A stretch of 64,000 nt of DNA from Mustelus asterias. Its lineage: Eukaryota. The stretch is from the NCBI RefSeq assembly GCF_964213995.1, contig NW_027590147.1:930001-994000 (forward strand), written 5' to 3'. How positions within the stretch are numbered: position 1 is the stretch's first letter; each line of letters begins with the position of its first letter. The notes beneath the pieces are model-generated. The model did no database searches and was not told the origin of the DNA. It saw only the letters and a program-made list of their open reading frames with translations. Positions 1-11,065 of this stretch are shown here, piece by piece. The translations under genes and the position numbers were made by a program.

Positions 1-59
1 CTATGCAACTTGTTAAAACAATCTTCCCTCCACATTCAAAGGCCAATGATACTCACACT

Positions 60-440
60 CTGATTCATTGAGTATCAGATGTTGATGCGATGTTTGGTTT
101 GCATTTCCTATCTCCAAATCCTCTGCTTCTAATAACCTGATAAAGGAGTTTAAAAAGTCATCACTGTCAGTACAAGATGGAAATTCAGAACAGACAGTTC
201 TCATTTGGTGGAATATTTTTCACTTTCATTCCCCAAATGACTTTGACCCTGAATTGATCCTTAATTAAATATTTTCTCCACAAATCCTCAGCTTCTAATA
301 TGCTGTCAATGGGGTTTACAAATGTAACCAAATGTCAGTCCAGGACAGAAACTCTGAACAGACAATTCTAGTTTCTCTGGAACATTTTATCCTATCTTGT
401 TCCCCCAAATCTGTCAATTCCCGTCCCACACACTCTCTGG
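60..440 (-). other. Degenerate ZNF intron/splice-acceptor module (two tandem copies) of a ZNF locus continuing left of the window
   Basis: CTGTCAGT..AGAAA.TC.GAACAGACA(A/G)TTCT..TTT..GGAA.ATT occurs at about 163-220 and 333-390; the same block precedes the minus-strand ZNFs at about 21230, 25270, 44225 and 58500. Confidence 0.6.
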
Positions 441-483
441 ATATCCAAATTAAGTTTTAGATAATTTTTTCCAGATCCTTTTA

Positions 484-766
484 AAGTAAAGTCCATTTAT
501 TAGTCACAAGTAGGCTTACATTAACACCGCAATGAAGTTACCATGAAAATCCCCGAGTCACCACACTCCAGCGCCTGTTCGGGTACACAGAGAGAATTTA
601 GCATGGCCAATGCACCTAACCAGCACATTTTTCAGAATGTGGGAGGAAACCGGAGCACCCGGAGGAAACCCACGCAGACACGGGGAGGACATGCAAACTC
701 CACAGACCCAATCCGGGAAACGAACCCAGGTCCCTGGCGCTGAAAAGCAGCAGTGCTAACCACTGT
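484..766 (-). mobile_element. tRNA-derived V-SINE (HE1-like), tail type ...GTAAGCCTACTTGTGACTAATAAA
   Basis: Reverse complement reads ACAGTGGTTAGCACTGCTGC...GGGACCTGGGTTCG (Pol III A/B boxes) and V-domain GGGTTTCCTCCGGGTGCTCCGGTTTCCTCCCAC. Confidence 0.85.
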
Positions 767-1119
767 ACCTGACAAATTTAACAAAAAAATCCAATTTTAA
801 CAAAAATAACAAACTGAACATAATTTCATTCATACCTTGTGACAAAACAGGAATCTGAATCTTGTGCCCAGAATGGAATGTGTGGAGATTTTCTCAGAGA
901 AGCCTCAGTCACCCTCACTGAGACTAAATTTAAATTGTAAATTGTATTAATTGAATGGATTTGAAGCCCTGTCCCCAGAACATTGTGCTGTCTCTCTGGA
1001 TTACTAATGCAGTGACATTGTCACTCGGTCAGTGTGTCCCCTTCTCTCTTTGTTGGAGATGGTTTGAGGGGAGAAGCCGGAAGCAGTGGACAGGGAGAGT
1101 GGAGAATGTTCATTGTAAA

Positions 1120-1620
1120 CCCCGCCCCCCCGGCACTGACCTCTCACCCGACACCTCACAATGCCCGGGGACTGATTGACGGCAGCTCCGGGCCAATAGA
1201 AGGAGAGGAGGCTGGACGGTCGCGAGGGAGCTGCTGGTCCTCCGACCAATCGGGGTGAATGAGGGGCGGGGCTGAGTGAAGCATGCGCAGTGTGATTAAT
1301 GGCGGTGGAGACATTCTTTCTCGGATCCACAATCAGTAAAGTTGGGAATGGCGGGGCGGAGGACGCGATAGACCAGGCGGGGGTTTGGAGAGGCGTCGTA
1401 AACATGTTACGTAAACTGAGAACTCTTAAAAAGAACTGAGCGATATCAGAGGATGGTCCCGGCCCTCAGCGCAGAGCAGGGCCTCAGCATTCTCCCAGTT
1501 ACAGACCCGGGTTAATCAGGGCCATCGTCATCGGGGCAAGAGCAACACAGCGCATGCGCAGTCGCCGTCTTCAGTCGGCGCACCAGCAACACGGCGCATG
1601 CGCAGTCGCCGTCTTTGGGG
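1120..1620. promoter_or_regulatory. CpG-island promoter, probably bidirectional
   Basis: CpG-rich; two CCAAT boxes, GGGGCGGGGC, GCATGCGC, two GCGCATGCGCAGT NRF1 sites; reverse-complement homolog of 25575-25680. Confidence 0.7.
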
Positions 1621-1734
1621 CAATGTTTTGGAATAACCACTGACAGAATGTGAATAACTTGACCATCAAACTGCTTCACCCTTTCACTTCCAATTTCTTA
1701 CTGATGAGAACAACGATATCTGGGCAGTTGCAAT

Positions 1735-2935
1735 CATTTATATTCATATTGTGTCTTTAACATAATAAAACAGCCCCAGACATTTTTTCACAAATGTTAT
1801 CCACTGACATTTGATACTGAGCCATATTAGGACAGGTGACCAAAGGTTTGGTCAAAGAGGTGGGTTTTAAAGAAAGCAGAGGTGATGGACAGGCACAGAG
1901 ATTTAAAGAAGAGATTGCAGAGCTTGTGGCCTGTGCAACTGAAAGGATGATTTGTAATGGTATAATGATTAAAACTGAGAATGCTCAAGAGGAATTAGAT
2001 TATCGTTGAGATCTCAGAGGAGTGTGTGGCTGGAGAAGATTACAGACACAGGAATGATTGTAACCATGGAGGAAAACAAAGATGAGAATTTTAAAATTCT
2101 GATGCTTCTTAAAAGGAAGCATTTGTAGATCAGCAAGCATAGGGGCGATGGGTGAACATGATTTGGTGTGAGAAAGCATATGGGCAGTTTAGGATGGTTT
2201 GGAGGGGGCTGCTTAATGTTGGAGGCCGGTTGGAACTGTATTGGAATTGTTTAGTCTGGAGGTAAGAAAGGAATGGATGATGGATTCTGCAGCGACATGA
2301 TGGCACAGTGGTTAGCACTGCTGCCTCACAGTGCCAGGGACCCGGGTTCGATTCCCAGCTTGGGTCACTGTCTGTCTGGAGTCTCCACATTCTCCCCGTG
2401 TCTGCGTGGGTTTCCTCCGGGTGCTTCGGTTTCCTCCCATACTCCAGAGATGTGTGGATTAAGTTGATTGGCTATGCTAAGTTGCCCCTTAGTGTCAGGG
2501 TTTAGCAGGGTAAATACATGGGGCGATGGGGATAGGGCCGAGGTGGGATTGTTGTCGGTGTGGGCTTTATGGGCCGAATGTCCTCCTTCTGCACTGTAGA
2601 GATTCTATGATTAACTGAGGCTAAGGCAGAGTTGGGGGATGTTACTGAGGTGGAAATAGATGATTTTAGTGATGATGATGATGATGATGTGGATATGTGG
2701 TCTAAAACTCTTCTCAAGTAAGACACCATGGTTGTGAACAACTTAGTTCAGCTTCAGATATTTAACATGGAGAGGGTGGAGTCAGTTGTGAGGGTGGTGA
2801 AGTTTGTAGTGGGGACTGAAGACAATGACTCCAGTCTTCCCGATATTCAAATGCTGGAAACTTCTGCTCATGCAGTAATTGATGTCAGACAAGTCAGGAT
2901 GTTGTATGAGTTGGAGGGGAACTAGGAGGTGATGA
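1735..2935 (-). mobile_element. Old L2-clade LINE 3' fragment, interrupted by a V-SINE
   Basis: Minus strand near 2810-2895 translates LSDINYCMSRSFQHLNIGKTGVIVFSP, resembling the L2 post-RT motif (LSDI..WM..NFL.LN..KTE). Confidence 0.6.
2292..2612 (+). mobile_element. V-SINE (HE1-like) with CR1-type tail
   Basis: TGGCACAGTGGTTAGCACTGCTGCC...GGGTTCGATTCCC head, V-domain, tail CTGCACTGTAGAGATTCTATGATT. Confidence 0.85.
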
Positions 2936-3403
2936 TCTTCACATGCACCTACTACCCTGGTCCAGCTAAATGGTGGAGGTTGAGAGATTAGGAGATTCTC
3001 TCAGAGTTCTGGTCAGGATGTAGATGTAGAGAAACCCTCTCCTTCACTCTCTGATTCTTCCACCTCTCTCTCACCCCTTCGATAGATATTGGTTCATGTG
3101 TCAGTCCAGACCAGGCGGCAGGTTTCCTTCCCTGAAGCACATTAGTGAATCAGTTGGGTTTTTATGACGATCCAGCAGCTTTCATGGTCACTTTTTCTTA
3201 ATGCCGGCCCCACAAATTCATTCAGCTCAATTTCACAACCTGTTTTTGCGTGTTCTCTCTCACTCCCTTTTTTTCTGTTTTAAATCAATTTCATCGTGTC
3301 TTAGAAGATTAGGATTTGCAGTTGGGAAACTGAAACCAAACTCCACATCAGGATCTCAGAGTCGCCTCATTTTTTGTGACCGGAATATCATCGGATTTTG
3401 AAC

Positions 3404-4273
3404 ATGGAAGGAAAAAGCACTGTTCACAGTGGGGAGAAACCGTACTCGTGTTCCGTTTGTGGACAAGACTTCAACCAGTCATCTGGCCTGTTCAAACATA
3501 AATGCAGTCATGATGGGGAGAAGCCGTGGAAATGTGGGGTCTGTGGGAAGGGATTCAATTACCCATCCCAGCTGGAAACCCATCGGCGTGGTCACACCGG
3601 GGAGAGGCCGTTCACCTGCTCGGACTGCGGGAAGGGATTCACTAAGTTATCCACCCTGCAGAATCACCAGCGCACACACACTGGGCAGAGGCCATTCACC
3701 TGCTCTTTGTGTGGGAAGGGATTCACTCAGTCATCCACCCTGATTAAACACAAACTAATTCACACTGGGGAGAGACCATTCACCTGCTCTGTGTGTGGGA
3801 TGGGATTCACTCAGTCATCCACGCTGCTGACACACCAGCGAGTTCACACCGGGGAGAAGCGATTCACCTGCTCTGAGTGTGGAAAGGGATTCACTCACAA
3901 ATCCACCCTGCTGACACACCAGCAAGTTCACACGAGGCAGAGACCATTCACCTGCTCCCAGTGTGGGAAGGGATTTGTTAATTCATCCATCCTAATTACA
4001 CACCAAAGAGGCCACACTGATGAGAGACCGTTTAAGTGTCTGAAGTGTGGGAAATGTTTTAAAACCTCGCAGGAACTGGTGTCCCATCAACAAGTTCACA
4101 CTGACGAGAAACCATTCAGATGCTCTCACTGTGGGACTGGGTTCAGGCGATCATCTCATCTCACTGTACATCAGCGGGTTCACACCGGGGAGAGACCATT
4201 CACCTGCGCCAAGTGTGGGAAGAGATTCACTCAGTCATCCGCATTGCTGAGACACCAGCAAGTTCATAAATAA
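3404..4273 (+). CDS. C2H2 zinc-finger protein, 10 fingers (MEGKS subfamily)
   Basis: Uninterrupted ORF from ATG 3404 with 10 CX2C-X12-HX3H repeats and TGERPF linkers; AATAAA at about 4327. Confidence 0.9.
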   Translation: MEGKSTVHSGEKPYSCSVCGQDFNQSSGLFKHKCSHDGEKPWKCGVCGKGFNYPSQLETHRRGHTGERPFTCSDCGKGFTKLSTLQNHQRTHTGQRPFTCSLCGKGFTQSSTLIKHKLIHTGERPFTCSVCGMGFTQSSTLLTHQRVHTGEKRFTCSECGKGFTHKSTLLTHQQVHTRQRPFTCSQCGKGFVNSSILITHQRGHTDERPFKCLKCGKCFKTSQELVSHQQVHTDEKPFRCSHCGTGFRRSSHLTVHQRVHTGERPFTCAKCGKRFTQSSALLRHQQVHK

Positions 4274-4799
4274 CTGGAGATTGGATGTTGTTGTCAATCA
4301 CACTGTGGTCTGCACCTGCTGATGTTAATAAACTTCAGGCCAGTTATAGAGGCGAATATTCTGGACAAAATTCAAATACACCATCTTTGTGTTAATGTAT
4401 TCGCTGTTGTCTTTTTAAAAAATCTGTGAATGGTTCTCCTTTTGAAGGGCCTCTCTCCCGTCTCCTCCGTCCTCATCTTCAACAACAAGTGTGAGGAGCT
4501 CGTGGAGCTTCTTTGTCTCTAAGATTGAGACAATCTGATCAGCTGCCTCCCTCCCTTCCACTGGACCACCAGACAAAACTCTCTCTGAAATTTCCCTTTC
4601 TCCAAGTACTGAACTCACATCTTTCTCCAATTCCTCTGCTATCTCCCATCAAACCCTCTCACTGCTCATCTTGTCCATGAGACCTCCCTTCATCTCCCTT
4701 TACCCTCTAAACCACTGATAACCCAACTTCCCCACATTATCTAATATTGTCAATGGTTCTCTCTTTTGACACTGTCCCTCTCATCTGTAACTCACCTTC

Positions 4800-5110
4800 A
4801 CTGGTAAATCTCCTCTGCACCCCCTCCAATGCAATCACATCCTTCTTATAATGTGGCGACCAGAATTGCACACAGTATTCCAGCAGTGACCTCACCACAG
4901 TTCTATGCAACTCCAACATGACTTCCTTGCTTTTGTAATCTATACCTCAATTGATAAAGGCAAGTGTCCTACATGCCTTTTTCACCAGCCTACTAACATA
5001 CACTTCTGTCCTCAGAGATCTATGGACAATCACACCCAGGTCCCTTTGTTCCACAGAGCTTACTAGTGTCATGCCGTTCATTGAATTTTTCCTTGTCAAA
5101 TTACTCCTTC
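4800..5110 (-). mobile_element. CR1 LINE RT C-terminal fragment
   Basis: Translates LEYCVQFWSPHYKKDVIALEGVQRRFT. Confidence 0.8.
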
Positions 5111-5116
5111 CAAAAA

Positions 5117-5512
5117 GTGGAGCACTCTGAGCAAACCTATGCAGACACAGGGAGAACGTGCAAACTCCACACAGAGAGCTGTGGCACGGTGGTTAGCACT
5201 GCTACCTCAGAGTGCCAGGGATCCGGTTCAATTCCGGTCTTGGGTGACTGTGTGGAGTTTGCACGTTCTCTCCGTATCTGCATGGGTTTCCTCCGGGTGC
5301 TCAGGTTTCCTCCCACAGTCTGAAAGACATGCTGGTTCGGTGCATTGGCCGTGCTAAATTCTCCTTCAGTACACCCAAACAGGCGTCGAGTGTGGCGACT
5401 AGGGGATTTTCATAGTAACTTCATTGCAGTGTTAATGTAAGCTTACTCGTACTACCTGAGCCCAGGATTGAACTCAGGTCCCTGGCGCTGCTGATCACTG
5501 TGCCACCCTGCT
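5117..5512. mobile_element. Nested V-SINEs: a + copy (about 5182-5452) inside a - copy
   Basis: Minus-strand SINE body 5117-5178 resumes at 5453 (head CCCAGGATTGAACTCAGGTCCCTGGCGCTG) around a complete plus-strand copy. Confidence 0.75.
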
Positions 5513-5779
5513 GCCTGTGTTTTGAAAAATCATGTTAAAATCTGGAACTCAGATGGAACTATAGATTGGTGTTGAGTGGGAAGGTCTGGATCACTGCATT
5601 ACTCCAGAGTGCCTTGGAATCAGATTTACAGAATGGATTCCTGTAATAGCAACAATCCCATTGCTATATGTTGGTCAGACTGAGGAAAGTATTTAAACTG
5701 GACACCACAGGTGTGTTAAAGGATAACGTACTCATGGAATTTATGAACTATCTGAAAGAATATTGAGAGCAAAGAAATG

Positions 5780-6190
5780 AATGAGGGGCACGGGAAGGCG
5801 TTCGCATGCGCAGTAATGTTACAGTCTGGAGCATGCGTAGTAAGCAACGGCGTTTGCAACACGCGCAATGTGGGTGATAGCAATCGGAGAGAAGTTCCTC
5901 TGTCTCATCAGCAGCCGGTAAGGATGCGGAAACATAGAGGGAGTAATGGAACCGGCGGATGGACGTAGAGGGTTTCTGAATACCTGGTCAAGGCCTCAAA
6001 TCTCGTAAATGAGCCCGTCGGTCTGTGTTTGCAGCTTCCGGTCTTTTTCCCGAGACGAGACTCAGGTTAACGGCCGCCATCTTGATTCAGCAGGGAGGAG
6101 AGCGCATGCGCGATGTCTTGGTGACGCAACACCGAGTGGGCGGGGCTTCATGTTTCTGCTTCCCCTCCAGGTCCGAGCTCCCGGTTCAAT
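5780..6190. promoter_or_regulatory. CpG-island promoter module
   Basis: GCATGCGCAGT, GCGCATGCGC (NRF1), GGCCGCCATCTTG (YY1), GGGCGGGGC; homologous to 25840-25990 and 39050-39220. Confidence 0.65.
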
Positions 6191-6505
6191 AGCACAATGA
6201 GCAACAGGTTTTTAAACAGCTTCACCCACCCTCAGGCTGCAGCTGCTGGAGCGTAGGAGGCTGAGGGGTGATCTTATAGAGGTCTATAAAATAATGAGGG
6301 ACATAGACAAGGTAGATAGTCAATATCTTTTCCCAAAGGTAGGGGAGTCTAAAACGAGAGGGCATAGGTTTAAGGTGAGAGGGGAGAGATACAAATGTGT
6401 CCAGAGGGGCAATTTTTTCATGATGTGGAGATGCCGGCGTTGGACTGGGGTAAACACAGTAAGAAGTTTAACAACACCAGGTTAAAGTCCAACAGGTTTA
6501 TTTGG

Positions 6506-6888
6506 CAAGGTTGGGATGGCGACCTCCTCGTGAACCTGCTCCTGGGCCTGGCGAAACGCGCCATTTACCGGTCCAGGCTGCGGGCGATCGAGGAGGCCAT
6601 CCATCCTGACTGTCTTCCCCTCTACCGCGGCTACGTTCGCGGCCGGGTGTCCCTGGAGAGGGAGCATGCGGTGGCCATGGGCACGGTTGGCGCCTTCCGC
6701 GCCCGTTGAGCACCGCAGGGGTTGGGGTGCATTATTGACCCTAATAATCACATTTTAATTTGATGTTTTTAAGTTTCCTTTGTACTTTGATTTCTGTTCG
6801 GGCTGTTCCCCGTCCTTTTAGGGAGCTGCCCCTTTTACTTTGTCCTGACTTAATCTGAGTTTGTTTATTTGGTTTGACATAAAAAGAG
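6506..6888 (+). mobile_element. Tx1-clade (L1-like) non-LTR retrotransposon 3' end
   Basis: DLLVNLLLGLAKRAIYRSRLRAIEEAIHPDCLPLYRGYVRGRVSLEREHAV resembles the C-terminus of Tx1-type ORF2; T-rich 3' UTR ending ATAAAAAGAG. Confidence 0.6.
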
Positions 6889-6899
6889 GGCAAAAGCCA

Positions 6900-6936
6900 C
6901 ACAAGCTTTCGGATCTCCAAGCCCCTTCTTCAGGTG
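6900..6936 (-). ncRNA. Minimal type I hammerhead ribozyme motif (Penelope type)
   Basis: Minus strand: cac-CUGAAGA-aggggcuuggagaucc-GAAA-gc-UU-gug; stem I cac/gug; palindromic AAGCUU stem III; one mismatch in stem II. Confidence 0.55.
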
Positions 6937-7234
6937 AGTGGGAATTCCCACTCACCTGAACTTTAACCTGGTGTTGTTAAACTTCTCACTGCAATTTTTT
7001 CACAGAGCGGGTGATAGGTGTCTGGAACAAGCTGCCAGAGGTAGTAGCAGAGGCGGGTACAATTTTATCTTTTAAAAAGCATTTAGATAGTTACATGGGT
7101 AAGATGGGTACAGAGGGATGCGGGCAATTGGGATTAGCTTAGGGGTTTTAAAAAACAGGGCGGCATGGACAAGTTGGGCCGAAGGGTCTGTTTCCATGCT
7201 GTAAACCTCTGTGACTCTATGACTATGACTCTTT

Positions 7235-7650
7235 GACGTTTTGGCGCAATTCCAGCGCAGCGCTTCCGAGCCCGCAGCTTTCAGACCTTCGACCAGAGGT
7301 TTAAAATTGGCGCTCTTTCAGCGCACATGCGCATGCGCTGGGACATCCATGACCTCCCACGCGCATGCTCCACACTCCATGTAACACAGCATTTCGGGGC
7401 AGGTCTCCGGGTTCCAGTGCGCAGGCCCGGAGCGCGGACACGAAAGGCCCCACCCATTGCTCCCCCTCCCCCTGCAAGACCCTGGACTGCGCATGTCGAA
7501 GGGAGAGGGGAAACTGCGCATGTGTGGGGGGCGTGACCCCCTGACCTTCATGTTGCGGTGTTAACCAATGGGGCAAGTTGGAGGACCGGAAGGACTCTGG
7601 TCCTCCAGCCAATCAGAGTGCGGGCTTTGTGCGGAAGCGCACAGCTGAGT
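7235..7650. promoter_or_regulatory. CpG-island promoter upstream of the ZNF at 7805
   Basis: Several GCGCATG/TGCGCATG NRF1-like sites; two CCAAT boxes (7565, 7609) flanking a 12-bp inverted repeat. Confidence 0.7.
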
Positions 7651-7804
7651 GAGTGTGTTCCAGTGCAGAGTGTGGAAAGAGCTTTAACCAGTTACACAGC
7701 CTGAAAATACATCGCAGCATTCACAGCGGGGAGAGACTGTACCCGTGTTCTGTGTGCGATTTAACTGATTGTTTAACCTGCAGAGTCACAAGGTCACCCG
7801 CACC

Positions 7805-8665
7805 ATGGAAAAACCGTGCAAATGTGGGGACTGTGGAAAGGGATTCAGATCCCCATCTGAGCTGGAAACTCATCGACGCATTCACACTGGGGAGAAACCG
7901 TTTAGCTGCTCTGTGTGTGGGAAGGGATTCACTCGGTTAACCACCCTGCAGATGCACCAGCGAGTTCACACCGGGGAGAGGCCGTTCACCTGCTCTGTGT
8001 GTGGGAAGGGATTCACTCGGTTATCCACTCTGCGGACACACCAGCGAGTTCACACTGGAGAGAGGCCATTTGCCTGCTCTCAGTGTGGGAAGGGATTCAC
8101 TCAATCATCCCACCTGCTGACACACAAAGTCACTCATACCCAGGAGAGACCCTTTAAATGCTCTGACTGTGGGAGTGGCTTCAAAACCTCTCAGAAACTG
8201 GTGTCCCACCAGCGCATTCACACTGAGGACAAACCATTCAGCTGCTCTCACTGCACAAAGAGGTTTAGATTGTCAGCCAAACTGCAGAGACACCAGCGAG
8301 TTCACACTGGGGAGAGGCCGTTTACCTGTACTGTATGTGGGAAGGGATTCGCTCATTTATCCACCCTGCTGACACACAAAGTCACTCACACCAATGAGAG
8401 ACGCTTTAAGTGCTCCGACTGCGGGAATGGATTTAAAAGATCTCAGGATCTGATGATCCACCAGCGCTTTCACACTGAGGAGAGACCGTTCAGCTGCTCT
8501 CTCTGCTCAAAGAGGTTTAGAACGTCATCCCACCTGCAGAGACACCAGCGAGTTCACACTGGGGAGAGACCATTCGCCTGCTCTGAGTGTGGGAAAGGAT
8601 TCACTCTGTCATCAAACCTGCTGAGACACAAAGTGACTCACACCAAGGCGAGACCCTTTAAATGA
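7805..8665 (+). CDS. C2H2 zinc-finger protein, 10 intact fingers, truncated by a premature TGA
   Basis: CACCATGG start (MEKPCKC); 10 fingers; the TGA replaces the first Cys codon of finger 11. Confidence 0.8.
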   Translation: MEKPCKCGDCGKGFRSPSELETHRRIHTGEKPFSCSVCGKGFTRLTTLQMHQRVHTGERPFTCSVCGKGFTRLSTLRTHQRVHTGERPFACSQCGKGFTQSSHLLTHKVTHTQERPFKCSDCGSGFKTSQKLVSHQRIHTEDKPFSCSHCTKRFRLSAKLQRHQRVHTGERPFTCTVCGKGFAHLSTLLTHKVTHTNERRFKCSDCGNGFKRSQDLMIHQRFHTEERPFSCSLCSKRFRTSSHLQRHQRVHTGERPFACSECGKGFTLSSNLLRHKVTHTKARPFK

Positions 8666-9617
8666 TCTGACTGTGGAAGTGGTTTCAAAATCTCTGGTGA
8701 ACTGGTGACCGACCAGCACATTCACACCGAGGAGAGACCATTCAGCTGCTCTCACTGCTCAAAGAGATTTAGAACATCATCCAACCTGTGAATACACCAA
8801 CGAGTTCACACTGGGGAGAGGCCGTTCACCTGCTCTGTGTGTGGGATGGGATTCACTGCTTCAACCAACCTGCTGAAGCACAAAAGCACTCACAACAGCG
8901 AGAAACCCTTTAAATGCTCTGACTGTGGGAGTAGCTTCCAAAGTGCTGCGGATCTGAGGGACCACCAGTGCATTCACACGGAGAAGAGACTGTTCAGCTG
9001 CTCTCATTGCTCAATGAGATTTAAAAGGTCATCAAACCTGCAGGAACACCAGTGAGTTCACACTGGGGAGAGTCCGTTCACCTGCTCTGAGTCGGGAAGA
9101 GTTTCAATCAGTAATCCAGCTTGCTGACACACAAAGTCACTCACACCAACGAGAGCCCCTTTAAATGCTCTGACTGAGAGGCCAGGTTCAAAAGCTCTTG
9201 TGAACTGATGATCCACCAGCACATTCACACTGAAGAGAGACCATTCAGCTGCTCTCACTGCTCAAAAAGGTTTAGAATATCTTCAGCAGGTTGGTCACCT
9301 GCTCTGACTGTGGGAAGGGAGTCACTCAGTCAGCAAACTTGGTGAAGCACCAGCAAGTTCACACCAGGGAGAGACCATTCAGCTGCTCGGTGAGTGCGAA
9401 AGGAATTATTCGGTTATCCAGCTTGCCCAGACACAATAACACTCACATCCGGGACAGACCCTTTAAATGTCTGACTGTGGGCCTGGCTTCAAAAACTCTC
9501 AAGACCTGATGCCCCACCAGCGCATTCACACCAGGCAGAGGCTGGTCACCTGCTCTGACTGGGAAGGGATTCACTCAGTCAGCAAACTTGGTGAAACACC
9601 AGTGAGTTCACAAGTGA
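8666..9617 (+). pseudogene. Decayed continuation of the zinc-finger array (about 10 broken fingers)
   Basis: Finger and linker sequence continues with multiple stops and frameshifts. Confidence 0.8.
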
Positions 9618-9699
9618 TTACAGTTCTGGGATTATTCTTGTGAATCTTTCTTGCTCCTTCTCCAGTGCCTCTATTTCCTTTTTCTAAATGGAGATCACA

Positions 9700-10925
9700 A
9701 ATAGAACATAGAACAGTACAGCAAAGGAACAGATGTTTTGGCCCACGATGTTGTGTTGAACATGATGCCAAATTAAATTAATCGTTTCTGCCTGCCCTTG
9801 GTCCATATTCCTCTATTCCTTATGTATTCATGTGCTTATTTAAAAGCCCCTTAAATGCCCCTATCGTATCTGCCTCCACCACCAACCCTGGCAGTGCGTT
9901 CCAGCCACCTACCACTCTCTGTGTAAAAAAACTTATCTCTCACATCTCCTTTGAACTTTCCCTCTCTCACCATCAGTGCGTGTCCCCTGGTATTGGACAT
10001 ACCAACTCTGGGAAAAAGATTCTAACTGTCAGCCCTATCAATGTCTCTCATAATTTTATAGATTTCTATCAGGTCTCCCCTCACCCTCTGCTGCTCCAGA
10101 GAAAACAACCCTCGTTTGTCATAACTTATATCATCTAATCCAGGCAGCATCCTGGAAAACCTCCTCTGTACCTTCTTCAAAGCCTCGGCATCCTTTCTGT
10201 AAGAGGGCAACCGGAATTGAATGCAATATTTTAAATGAGGCCGAACCGATGTTTTATAAAGCTGCAACATATCATCCTGACTCTTGTACTCAATAAAGGC
10301 AAGCATACCATATGCCTTCTTTACAACCTTGTCTACTTGTGTCCAAATTCAGGGAGCTATGGACTTGAACCCCAAGATCCGTCTGTACTTCAATGCTGTT
10401 CACGGATCTGCCATTAACTGTATACTTACCCTTAACATTTAATATCCCAACGTGCAGCACCTCACACTTGCCCGGATTAAACTTCATCTGCCATTTCTTC
10501 GCCCATATCTGTAGCTGATCTATATCCTGCTGTATCTTTTGACAACCTTTTACACTATCTACAACTCCGCCTAGCTTTGTGTCATCTGCAAACTTACTAA
10601 CCCACCCATCCACGTTTTCATCCAGGCTTTTATATATATCACGAACAACAGAGATCCCAGTACGGATCCCTGCAGAACACCACTCGTCACGGACCTTCAG
10701 CCAGAAAAACACCCTCCACCACTACTCTCTGACTTCTATGGGTAAGTCAATTCTGAAACCAAGCGGCCAAGTCACCGTGAATCCCATGCATCTTAATCTT
10801 CTGGATGAGCCGACCATGAGGGACCTTGTCGAAAGCCTTTCTAAAATCCATGTTCACAACATCCACTGCTCTACCCTCATCGACCACCTTCATCACCCCC
10901 TCGATAAAATCGATCAAGTCAGTAA
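9700..10925 (-). mobile_element. 5'-truncated, degenerate CR1 LINE
   Basis: (ATAGAAC)n tail at 9700; RT motifs DFRKAFDKVPH, SKFADDTK and RPHLKYC on the minus strand, with frameshifts. Confidence 0.85.
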
Positions 10926-11065
10926 GATGTTGACGGTGCTCCCACTGCAGTCCTGTGATGAAAATATAGACTGGTTGGTGAAATAGAACATAGAACATAG
11001 AAAGCCACAGCACAAACAGGCCCTTCGGCCCACAAGTTGCGCCGATCACATCCCCACCTCTAGGC

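Larger units (their letters stand above)
6421..6990. mobile_element. Palindromic non-autonomous Penelope-like element with a minimal hammerhead motif
   Basis: Inverted arms (AGTAAGAAGTTTAACAACACCAGGTTAAAG / CTTTAACCTGGTGTTGTTAAACTTCTCACT); perfect 32-bp palindrome at 6929-6960; GCAATTTTTT(T)CA duplicated on both flanks. Confidence 0.7.
6245..7231 (+). mobile_element. CR1 3' fragment split by a Penelope-like insertion
   Basis: LERRRLRGDLIEVYKIMRDIDKVD...RGNFF, resuming at about 6991 with TCACAGAGCGGGTG; (GACTAT)n tail at about 7213-7231. Confidence 0.8.

Noticed and set aside
2292-2365. SINE heads as tRNA genes
   Set aside because: A and B boxes are present, but they continue into the V-domain and lack a full cloverleaf.
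8663-8665. Selenocysteine or read-through at the TGA replacing Cys in the 7805 ZNF
   Set aside because: Further stops and frameshifts follow within about 130 bp; this is ordinary decay.
10925-10990. Target-site duplication for the full-length CR1
   Set aside because: No convincing direct repeat found near 15400-15550, so the 5' boundary is left approximate.
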